Origin: Octopus sinensis
Taxonomy: Eukaryota
Length of the DNA: 64,000 bases
Direction: 5' to 3'
NCBI RefSeq assembly: GCF_006345805.1
Contig: NC_043010.1
Span: 56,544,001-56,608,000, forward strand
Shown here: positions 52,947-64,000 of the stretch, in pieces
Numbering within the stretch: the first letter of the stretch is position 1
Layout: the number at the start of each line of letters is the position of its first letter
Translations under genes and position numbers: made by a program
Notes under the pieces: generated by a model
What the model was told of the DNA's origin: nothing
Databases searched by the model: none
The model's input: the letters and a program-made list of their open reading frames with translations, nothing else

Positions 52947-54888
52947 GTGAGTTCTTGTCTTCCATGTCATAACCTTCACCTTATTACGTTCTCTCTCACC
53001 TTCTCACCACACCTGCTCTACTGATTGGACAGGCATCCATTCCCAGACCAGATGGCACTTTAGGTTCTTGAGGAGACTACTTCATTTCATCATTTCCCCA
53101 GTCCACTTAGAAGGAGTACTGGTAACATTGGGGGAGGGGGGGTGAAGTCTGAGGCAGCAACAGGTGGGTATGCTCAGCTTGTGTTCAAGGGTGGAGTGGG
53201 ATATTGTACTCTCAGTCACAGGTGGCTAGCATTAGGAAAACTGTCCAACCATAGGAAAGCCTGCCAAAGCAAACACTTGGCGCTTGGTACCACTCTCTGC
53301 CTGACCAGCTCCTCTCAAACCATCCAACCCATGCCACCATGGAAAGCAGACATTAAAGGATGACCATCATGAGTCAACATTCCGTGCTGGCTCCAAATGG
53401 TCCAAGGACTGCATTGTGCTCCAGGGTCTACTACCACTGGATGCCCTTCCTAACACTAACCAGTTAACTGTGTATGGAGGGTTATTTTTTTTTGTTTTTC
53501 ATTTTACCAGCACCAGAGGGGGTTGCCATGTAGCTTGCAAGATTATGAACCAATTCTAAATTTAGCATTTATGCTTTGAGTTTCCTCTCTAGAAGTTCCC
53601 ATGGACAGCCAATCTTAAACTCCTCTTCAATGGCCTATATGATGAATAGAAGAAGATTGAAGACAGAACCTTGATTAACTCCTACCTTCACACCATCACC
53701 GAAACCCTTGTCGACTCTCACTTAATGTATCCTTGTACATAACTTGTACAGATCTCACAAGTCATTTAGGTTAGTATTAACCCTAACCCTACTTTCCTCA
53801 GTAACCATTGAAGGTGGTCCCCTGTTAAACACTTTCTCCCAATCCAGAAACAGCAACTTGTCATTACCCAAGTATTTCTCCTCTCTCTCATAATCCAGTC
53901 CAGTAATTCAATCCCTCTCTGGCTGCTTCGTAGCAGTTTGTCATTATACTGCTTAACACCAATTATTGGCTATGGCTATTACTCTCCACACGTGGCTGTT
54001 CCACCTATACATGTGATGAGGATCTCTATATGCACATCCATCTGTAACCTAATGCTGTAAAGTGTTTCCTTGACGATGCCTTGCAGTTAAACAGCCCAAT
54101 GCACTTGGAACATCCAATGTTGAGTTCTGAATAATAACTGCAATGGTGAACCGTACATAGGAAGGAAACACTTTTACTGTTGTTTATCTTAATTTTCACT
54201 CTGTATGCTCTGTATATCATAACTAGTAACACTACTAAGTACAGTGCTTGACTAACCACTATATTGGAAGTCTGATGTCTAATGGCTTCGATAAATGTGA
54301 TAAAAAAAAAAAACGTTATTGAATGTTTTAGTTTTCTGGTTGTCGATTAAGAAAAAGATTTTCTTGTGGGGGATGTAGTGACACTAATGCAGGCCCCAGA
54401 AATTGATACATCTGCTTATGATAACTTGGTTTATTTTGACCACCACACATCCACCCTCTTAAATTATTTCCTGCAGACAATACTTTTTCTTTGATTTTCT
54501 ATGGCATCATTAATTGTTGTTGACATTTCTACATTATTATTATTATTAAGATAAAGAGTTGGCCGAATTGTTACTGTACTTGGCATTTCTTCCAACTTTA
54601 CACTCTAAGTTCAAATGCTACCAGGGTTGATTTTTGCCTTTCATCCTTTCAGGGCTGATAAGTACCCGTGCTACACTGGGGTCAATGTAATCGAATAATC
54701 CTCTCACTGAAATTGTGCCAAAATTAGATACCATTATTATTATTATTATTATTATTTACAAATTTCAGTTTTGCTCATGATGTTATTGAATTGTTGTCCC
54801 TTTCTATTTCATTGATTTCTTATTGGTTTGTATGTGTACATATATATGTATGTATACTGTGTATACGGGTGTTTATGTATATTTTCAG

Positions 54889-55068
54889 AAATATTGTATG
54901 CACAGTGAACCTCAGTTGTAAATTGGACCTGAAAAAGATAGCATTACATGCCAGAAATGCTGAGTATAACCCAAAACGGTTTGCTGCTGTGATTATGCGA
55001 ATACGAGATCCAAGAACGACAGCTCTTATCTTTAGTTCAGGCAAAATGGTCTGCACCGGTGCTAAAAG
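54889..55068 (+). CDS. TBP: TBP coding exon 3, core repeat 1 (NIVCTVNL...[34 protein letters not shown])
   Basis: Near-invariant TBP core sequence; ttttcAG / ag|GTAATA; 180 nt. Confidence 0.97.
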
Positions 55069-55447
55069 GTAATAATAACAATAATTGCTGTGGTTTGCTT
55101 TTCTTATTTAGCAATAAGTATTAAAAAATGCACATATTTTAGAAACTGTTAAATTTACTCTATACTTGTGTACAATTTATGGTATGTAACTTATTAATTA
55201 TTTCTAATTAGTAGTTCTCTCATCAATATTTCAGCAAGTGTAGAAAGTTGCTTTTTTACTAAGATGGTCTAATAAGACTGAAATATGTCCATAGTTATCT
55301 CCCTTACAGTTCAAACTAATTAAAATATTGGTTTCCAAACTGTTTTTCTCTCGTCACAAATTATTTCTAATAGTGTTAAATATGTTAACACTTAACTGTG
55401 GTGAATGGTAGTTCTGATTCATTTATTTATAATATTGCAACTACACT

Positions 55448-56560
55448 GTAAGTAAGGTTAGGGTTGGCAACGTGTACACTGAAGAATTCAAGGTAGAGGT
55501 TGGGGTCCACCAGGGTTCAGTCCTCAGCCCCCTCCTATTTATCATAGTCCTCCAGGCAATTACAGAGGAATTCAAGACAGGATGCCCCTGGGAGCTCCTC
55601 TATGCTGACGACCTTGCTCTAATTGCTGAGTCACTATCAGAACTGGAGAAGTTTCAGGTGTGGAAGGAGGGTTTAGAATCGAGGGGCCTTAGAGTCAACC
55701 TAGCTAAAACCAAAGTCCTAATAAGTAGGAAGGTAGACAAACCACCAATGCCTTCAGGTAGATGGCCCTGTTCGATCTGTAGAAAAGGCATAGGTAGAAA
55801 CTCTATAAGATGTACCCAGTGTAAGCTATGGACACATAAGAGGTGCAGCAATGTCAAGGGAAGGCTAACTGGGAATCTAGTTTTTGTATGTGGCAGATGC
55901 TCAGGAGCAATAAACACTGAAAATCTGCAGAAAACAACTTCCGTCACTTTCCAGGGGAAAAAACTAGAAGTAGTTGATGGCTTCCGTTATCTAGGTGACC
56001 AAGTCAGTAGCGGGGGTGGGTGTGCTGAAAGTGTAACTGCTAGAGTAAGAATAGCCTGGGCAAAGTTCAGGGAGCTCTTACCTCTGCTGGTGACTAAAGG
56101 CCTCTCGCTCAGAGTAACAGGTAGACTGTATGACGCATGTGTACGAACAGCCATGCTACATGACAGTGAAACATGGGCCGTGACTGCTGAGGATATGCGT
56201 AAGCTTGCAAGGAATGAAGCCAGTATGATCCGATGGATGTGTAATGTCTGTACATACTCGACAGAGTGTAAGTATCTTGAGAGAAATGTTGGACCTAAGA
56301 AGCATCAGTTGTGGTGTGCAAGAGAGGCAATTGCGCTGGTATGGTCATGTGGGGAGAATGGATGAAGATAGGTGTGTGAAAAGTGCCAATCCCTAGCAGT
56401 TGAGGGAACCCGTGGAAGAGGTAGACCCAGGAAAACCTGGGACAAGGTGGTGAAGCACGACCTTCGAACTTTAGACCTGGTGCAGCCTTCTGGCTTCCCA
56501 GATCCCCGGTCGAACCGTCCAACCCTTGCTAGCATGGAGAACAGACGTTAAACGATGATG
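55448..56560 (+). mobile_element. RTE LINE, 5'-truncated, in TBP intron; most of 3' UTR deleted
   Basis: 297-aa ORF with HQGSVLSP, YADD, PHD finger and FRYLG; ends ...gttaaac(gat)n. Confidence 0.95.
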
Positions 56561-58989
56561 ATGATAGATGAATTGGTGATTGTGTTGGAAAGTCATGGAT
56601 GGATTGGTTGGTGAATGAGAGCTCTGTAAAGCATCAGTGTTATCATTATCATCCATTCCACTTCTACTTTTCCATCAATGCAAGGATCAGATGAGACTTC
56701 ATTGAGATGGAAATTTCTACAGCCAGTTGCCCTTCCTGATGCCAACCCTCACCTGCTTCCGAGCAAGGTTAAGGCTTCACCCAGTTTATCAAATGACAAA
56801 CAGCATAGGCATTCCTTCATGGAGGACAATCTGTATGGACAGCAACACTGTTTACATTCAGCACAGATATATATATATATACACCCTGAATATATGTGTG
56901 TGTGTGTGTGTATAAGCAGATATAAAGACAGGCAGGACACAGAATTAGTTATGCATACACACACACACACACAAAACAGGCTTCTATTCTCCATCTTTCG
57001 AATCTCATTTCCAAGGTCTTGGTCAACTCACAGCTATAATAAACACCAGCAAACAACATCCAAGTTGTGGGGAAGAAACCCAAACTATTTGGTCTCAAAA
57101 TGAACTGCCTGACCCCACATGCCCCTCCTCAGCCTGTCTCTAATATTATAACAGGTCACTCACTTTCATTAATGTCATGAAAGGAACTAATGATGGTGAT
57201 GGGTCCGTTCTTGCTAGTGTATCCATTAAAGACACATCGTTAACACATACAGGGTGTTGGGAAGTATCGGTTGAACACAGTCTTCAGAGAACTCTTGAAG
57301 TTGGTAATGAGCCAAGATGGCCCCAATTGGTAAACTCCACTGAGACAGACATGTGTGACTGGGTGTTGCCAGAGTTTTGTCACATTAGTCTGCATTTCAT
57401 TCTACTTTGGGGAAGTCTCCTCCACCATGTCCTTCAGTTGACCAATATACTTTGCAAGTGGGGAAACTGTATTGAAGCTCTCTTCAGTGGTTGGATTCAA
57501 GGTCATAAATTTTCAGATTTCATCCTTGGCTCGTGTCCTTGAGCAAGGCACATTATTCCATGTAAGACCAGTCTACGCTATTGGTAATGAGCCACAGCTG
57601 CCCAGTACACATGTAGCCCTTTCTCTCTCTCCTTGATGCTCTACTGAGTCAATGGGAAAAACAGAGAGCACCTGGTCACCATTACAATGATGTGAGAAAC
57701 AGTAACTTAATGGTTCACATAAGCAAACTATACTTCGTTGTGACTAAAGGCTGTATTAGTGTGTGGGAAACGAAAATACCTTCTGTTATTTTGGTGTAGA
57801 GCTAATCCCGTTACACCATAATAGTAAATTAAAGCCTTCCAATAGAGAATTAATCCCAGATTAAATAATAATAATAATAATAATGAGCAGTTAATCCCGG
57901 ATTAAATAGTTATCCTTTAAAAACTGTAGAGGTGTTGCCCCAGCATGGCCAGTCCAATGATTAAAAAATATTTATTTTAGGAAAAATAGTTCAGACATTG
58001 TTCTGATATCTTAAGAATTTAAATGATATCATTTAAATTGGTACTCAGAGTTTTGGTTTTAAAATATGGAAAAGAGTGTTTTTAAAGAAATTCTTTAACT
58101 AGTTTCAGTCATTAGACTGGCCTTACTGGAGCACCAGGTTGAAGATGGATCTGCCTGATTCTTCAATCTTTGACCTTGTCTACTAATCAAATCATTGGCA
58201 TTTTTCACACAAAGCGATGCAACTCAATGGTTTACTATTCTGACACTCACACTTGTATGTCTATATCTCTGTATGTACTTTAAGAGCAGCAGAAATATCA
58301 CAAAAACTGTTACTCAGTTTCACATTCCCGTTCGTCGGACAAACCTAACCCTAACAAAACTGTCCAATGAACAGGAACGTGTACTCTGAGTAACAGTTTT
58401 TGTGTTTTTTCTGCTGCTTTTAAATAAAACATATTACTTGAGCACTCTTTTTTCCACCTTGTTTCACATTTATGTGCTTAATCCAGTATATATATAGTGG
58501 GTGCTTTTACGTGTCGGTGGCATGTAAAAGCACCCACTACACTCTCGGAGTGGTTGGCATTAGGAGGGGCATCCAGCTGTAGAAACTCTGCCAGATCAGA
58601 TTGGAGCCTGGTGCAGCCATCTGGCTCACCAGACCCCAGTCAAACCGTCCAACCTATACCAGCATGGAAAGTAGACATTAAACGATGATGATGTATATAT
58701 ATGTATATATATATATATACACACACACCATTCTTTTTGTTGTCTTGTTTTCCATTTGCATCTTTCATTCGAAAAAATAGTTCATATTCCATGTACTCAT
58801 ACTTCATATTTTTTTGTTGTACACATTTCATGACCTCCTATGCCCACATATGCATATATATGTATAAATGTAAGTATGTAAATATATGTATCTATATAAG
58901 GGGAAGAAGTCACAAAAAAAAGCAAGATGAAGTGAGGTGGTGTAGACAACAAACAGATGTATTAGTATATCACTTGGGAAGTGAAAAAG

Positions 58990-59027
58990 TCTTTAACATT
59001 TCGAGCCTACGCTCTTCCACAGAAAGA
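58990..59027 (-). ncRNA. Hammerhead-like fold with U at core position 6 (second copy at 12171-12205)
   Basis: UCUUU-CUGUGGA-A-GAGC(GUAG)GCUC-GAA-AUGU-U-AAAGA, inside a dispersed ~150-bp repeat. Confidence 0.55.
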
Positions 59028-59049
59028 AACAAGGAGAGAAAATAAAGAA

Positions 59050-59082
59050 TGTACATGTATATATGCATATATATATATATGC

Positions 59083-59140
<58 letters not shown>

Positions 59141-59335
59141 GCACATATATATATATATGCACATATATATATATGCATATATATATATATATGCATATAT
59201 ATATATATGCATATATATATATATGCATATATATATATATATGCATATATATATATATATGCATATATATATATATATATGCATATATATATATATATGC
59301 ATATATATATATATATATGCATATATATATATATA

Positions 59336-59371
<36 letters not shown>

Positions 59372-59415
59372 TATATATATATGCATATATATATATATAT
59401 GCATATATATATATA

Positions 59416-59449
<34 letters not shown>

Positions 59450-59530
59450 TATATATATATGCATATATATATATATGCATATATATATATATGCATATAT
59501 ATATATATGCATATATATATATATATATTA
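59050..59530. repeat. Compound (TA)n-GCA microsatellite
   Basis: Repeated (AT)5-10 runs separated by GC. Confidence 0.95.
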
Positions 59531-59596
59531 TTTATATTATTATATGATTAAATTCCACACATCCTCTTCCAAGTAAGTTTTATCTATCATTATCAT

Positions 59597-60065
59597 CATT
59601 TAGCGTCCGCTCTCCATGCTAGCATGTGTTGGACGGGTCAACTGGGGTCTGTGAAGCTGGAAGGCTTCGTCAGGCCCAGTCAGATCTGGCAGTGTTTCTA
59701 CGGCTGGATGCCCTTCCTAACGCCAACCACTCTGCGAGTATAGTGGGTGTTTTTTACGTGCCACCTGCACAGGTGCCAGACAGAGCTGGCGAACGGCCAC
59801 GAACGGATGGTGCTTTTACGTGTCACCGGCATGGGGGCCAGCCGAGGCTGGCAACGGACACGAACAGATGGTGCTTTTACTTGCCACCGACACGGGGCCA
59901 GACAGAGCTGGCGAACGGCCACGAACGGACGGTGCTTTTACGTGTCACCGGCACGGGGGCCAGGCGAGGCTGGCAACGAACACGAACGGATGGTGCTTTT
60001 ACGTGCCACCAACACGGGGGCCAGGCAGAGCTGGCAAACGGCCACAAGCGAATGGTGCTTTTACG
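59597..60065 (-). mobile_element. RTE 3'-end fragment with expanded 61-bp internal repeat (one of roughly 18 such 3'-end fragments in the window)
   Basis: Matches the 3' UTR of the 12.3 kb copy (ggatgcccttcctaacgccaaccac core); (CAT)n tail side at left. Confidence 0.9.
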
Positions 60066-62344
60066 TATATATATATATATACATACACACACACACACGA
60101 GGGGGTGGGGTTGAAAATCTCCTGGCTTTGGGTAAAAGAAAATAGAGGAAGATCAGTTGATAATGATTTATTTCAACATCTTCCTCTCAGATTCACACAC
60201 TGCAGCAGCCGGGCCTTCAGTCTTCGTAAGCCCTGTAAAAGAACTCAGAAGGTTGGGCCTCCAACCAGGCTTTTTGTGAGACCCATAAAGCCAGGAACTT
60301 CTCAGCACTACCTCATATCTTTTATCTATCATTAGACTGTGGCCATGCTGGGGCACCACCTTGAATTTTTAGTCAAATGAATCAACCTTAGTATTTCTTT
60401 TTGAAGCCCAGTATTCTGTCAGTCTCTTTTGCTGAACCTCTAAGTAATGGGGATGCAAACACCAACAGTGGTGGGAGGACAAACACAGACAGAAACACAC
60501 ACACACACATATATATATGTGCAATGGACTGCTTTCAGTTTCCATCTACCAAATCCCCTGACAAGGCTTTGGTTGGCCTGAGACACTTGTCCAAGGTGCC
60601 ATGCAGTGGGACTGAACCCAGAAACATGTCGTTGGGAAGCGAACTTCTTACCACACAGCCATGCCTCCACCTATGGATGACAACAGGAATGGCTGTGTGA
60701 TTTAGAAGCTTGCTTCTCAACCATGTGGTCTTGGGTTCAGTTTCATTGTACACCATTTTGGACAGAAATGGCTAATCAAAACCTTGTGGCTGGACTTGAT
60801 AGATAAAGCTGAAAGAAGCCCATAATGTGTTTGTGTGTACTTTGGTGTTGTGATGATTTTAAATGAGTATGACTGTCATACAAGAGATGTTGTTTGTTTC
60901 CAGTTTCCTGTGGGTGAGGGTTGGCAACTGGAAGGACATCTGAGTGTAGAAAATTTGCCTCAAACTCCAGTGCTATATCATCATTTTAATGTCCCCTTTT
61001 CCATGCTTGCCTGGGTTGGATGTAGTTTATTGACGGAAATTTTCTATGTCCAGACTCGTTTCCTGTTTCCAAGCAAGGTAATATTTCCCCCCCTTTGGCC
61101 AGACATGTTTTCATGGAAGATTGGAAATCAATTGTCTCAAATGCCTAGGAGGATCCTTAGAGGTAGTAGATAGTCTCTGTTACTTAAGTGACCTAATTAG
61201 AATAGAAGAGGGAGAATGTTCGGAAAGGACATTTGCTAGAATAAGGACAGGGTGGAGAAAATTCAGACAGCTTTTACCTCTGTTGGCAATAAATGGTCCC
61301 TAACCTATCCCTTCTCCACAACTCCTCTTCCTAACACCTGCTAATTCCACCCATGTACTCCACTCACTGCATTCATCTCTATCCATCTGACACATCTCTC
61401 TTTTCAAACTGAGGTAGCCATGCATCTCCACAACAAACCCCTATTTTTGTATTTTCACTTCTCATCACCTGGCATAATGCCCCTTCCCTCAATACTACTT
61501 CCTCTCAATTGTTTTGTCTTGCAACTTACTTGCTGACCCCTGGTGTTGGTGCCATGTAAAAAGCACACAGAACACTGTAAGGTGGCTTGCATTAGGAAGG
61601 GCATCCTTCCATAGAAACCATGTCAAAGGAAACAGTGGAGCCTGGTGCAATCGTCAGGCTTCCCAGCCCCTGTCAGCGTGCAAAATGGACGTTAAATGAG
61701 GATCACCCAAAAAGGGGGTTCTTCAACTTCCACTTCTTACATTTTATTTCCAAATGGCACCTGTGCTGGTGGCACATGAAAGCACCCATTACGCTCTCAG
61801 AGTGGTTGGCATTAGGAATGGCATCCAGCCGTAGAAACCATGCCAAAACAGACTGGAGTCTGGTACAGCTTGCCAGCCCTGGTCAAACCGTCCAACCCAT
61901 GCCAGCATGGAAAGCAGACGTTAAACAATGATGAAATGAACCCTAAACCTTGTGAACTACCACAGCCATGTCTGCAGCTGTTTCAAGATAAAATGATTTT
62001 GCATTTGTAAAGCCTTTTCTTTCTCCAGACATGTTTCTGGAATTTAATCTGTTTCTGTAGAAATCAAAGACCACATCTACACAGTTTACGAAATTCCATT
62101 GATTGGCCAAGGGGTAGCTCAGTTTTAGATTAGAACCTACTTGAAACCATGTGGCTGGGAGGCAAATTTCTTAACCACATCCATTCCAGGCACTAAAGTT
62201 AATTCTACAATTTTAAAACTTTCAGCTAAGAATGGAGAATTACAAAAATGTTGCAATATCTTAATTTTCAAAACTTGTAAATATCTAAACTCTTTTTCAC
62301 TATTTCCAAGAATTGCATTTCGGATTTTTATTTATTTGTTTCAG

Positions 62345-62408
62345 TGAAGATATGGCCAAGCTAGCAGCACGGAAATATGCAAGAATTGTCCAGAAACTTG
62401 GATTTCCT
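62345..62408 (+). CDS. TBP: TBP coding exon 4 (S-EDMAKLAARKYARIVQKLGFP); remaining exons lie beyond the window
   Basis: tttgtttcAG / cct|GTGAGT; LAARKYARxxQKLGF is conserved TBP helix H2. Confidence 0.95.
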
Positions 62409-63737
62409 GTGAGTATTTTTTCCAAAAATTAGTCTCAGATTAGTTTCACAGTTTTATTCTTTTATGACAAAACTAGAAATCAATTGGTTTAAGATTCATG
62501 TTGCTTTCATCATCATCATCATCATCATATTTATAATTAGACAGAATTCTTAGTGCGGCAGACAAAATGCTGGCTTGTATTTATTCTTAGCATTTCTTGT
62601 CTTCAGAGTTTATTATTGAGCAGAACTGCAGTCAAAGGTAGTTCACTGCATTTTGTCAGGGTGTGATTTGTCGAAGAGATTGTTGTTTCCTTTGTGTCGG
62701 AGGTGAGAAAGGAATTTTGAATGATTTATTGATGAATTTCTAATTTACTTAAACCTGAAACAGGGAATAATGCCTAAAGTGTTGTGTGAGTAACGTGGAG
62801 AAGACGAATCTAATTTCAATGGTAATGGAGACAGAACGGGGGTGGGGGCGAGTTGAAGGAAGTAGAGGCCATTGCAGTGGTTTGTTTGTTAAAGAACAAG
62901 TTTGATATGTTGCCAAGGGAGACCATGCCACGCTAGCAGAACACACAAGCAGAAATACAGGTAGTTAATTAATTTACTGAGATGATGTTTAATTGTTCTG
63001 TGAATTGTGGGTAATAATTATTTTCAGATTTTTTAGAATATTTCTTTCAGAGGATTTCCATACGTATGACTAAACAACTGTTGGGTTATCTCCCCATAAC
63101 AGAATAAGCTCTGCTGAAGGAGGCCAAGGTTGGCTAGATGATGCACTTACCCTCAAGTCTAACACCCCTGTACAACAAAGTGGACTATGGTAAAGGCAGG
63201 TTACATTGATGGTCAAGTAACTGCTATCCTCAGTTAGCAGAACACCCCTCTACAACAGAATGGACGATGCTAAAGGTCTCCGGATGATGGTGTCACATGT
63301 CAATGAAAGCCATTCAAGGGAGAGAACTGAGATCGGGGTGTGACTGCAACAGTTTCTAAGCAAGTCGTTGTGCCACGTCTGTAACAGGTAGTCACCTTGT
63401 CACACTTGGTGTCTTTCCAGAATTAAAGGTACACACATTAAGTATTAATGAATAATGTGTCAGGTGTATAGAGACATCATCGTCATTTAACGTCCGTTGT
63501 CCATGCTGTCTGTATTGGCAGGGTCAGCTGGACGAGGCCCTTCCTGATGCCAACCACTTTACAGAGTGGCACTGGCACAGCTGCTTCTTATGTCACACCA
63601 ACACCCACGAGCCTCAAGATCAGGAACCGAGGAGCAAGGCCTTGCAAGCTTCTAATTCCAGCCATTGAGATACATTGGAGAGAATACAAAAGAATAGACG
63701 AGAGGCATCCCTTCTCCATTGCTCCAAGTCCCTTCAC

Positions 63738-63771
<34 letters not shown>

Positions 63772-64000
63772 GGTCATTGCTGCTGCAAATCATGATCAGG
63801 GCCCCGTGGCCTAAATTCAAGGAGACTACCAGAGATGTTTTCTGAACAAGAACAACCAACATCAACTCATGATAGACAACCAAAGATGTATATATTTCAC
63901 AGTAGGTTACAAGTTTCCATCTATACAATGATCAACCTGAAGCCCCGGGAGGAGATATTCTGCCAAGATACCATGCTAGGGGATTGAGCTCACAATCTCA

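Noticed and set aside
54899-54901. Cys in TBP NIVCTV (usually Ser/Ala)
   Set aside because: Conservative change at a position that already varies between S and A; no reason to infer altered function.
58981-59576. Multiple 140-190-aa YI/HI/CV-rich ORFs (also about 19600-20350 and elsewhere)
   Set aside because: Translations of (TA)n, (GT)n and (CA)n microsatellites.
59746-60065. CRISPR-like or integron-like array
   Set aside because: The inter-repeat segments are homologous to each other rather than unique spacers; eukaryotic context; no cas or integrase genes; the array is part of a LINE 3' UTR.

Overview
Repeat-rich, intron-rich animal genomic DNA. The repeat landscape resembles Octopus/coleoid cephalopod (inference from recalled repeat families). 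I reconstructed three + strand housekeeping genes by hand from splice sites. (1) The last two coding exons of mitochondrial GrpE (5007-5175, 6642-7070). (2) A complete 7-exon RAB24 (25895-41933, 213 aa), plus a candidate in-frame 36-nt exon at 37672-37707. (3) The first four coding exons of TBP (49657-62408; the gene continues past the window). The rest is mobile DNA and tandem repeats: three large RTE LINE copies plus roughly 18 3'-end fragments, a decayed R4/Dong-type LINE inserted in (TAA)n, a decayed Tc1 transposase, MITEs, tRNA-derived SINEs, a 50-copy 65-bp minisatellite and many microsatellites. Most long ORFs in the track are repeat artefacts. Most notable observations: (a) seven minimal type-I hammerhead-ribozyme folds in three sequence variants, including a tRNA-headed SINE-like element carrying a hammerhead and a variant with U at core position 6; (b) a C4HC3 PHD finger embedded inside the RTE reverse transcriptase; (c) fold-back palindromes whose turning points coincide with hairpins built into the RTE 3' UTR. 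All RNA folds were assigned by eye; none was computed or tested.
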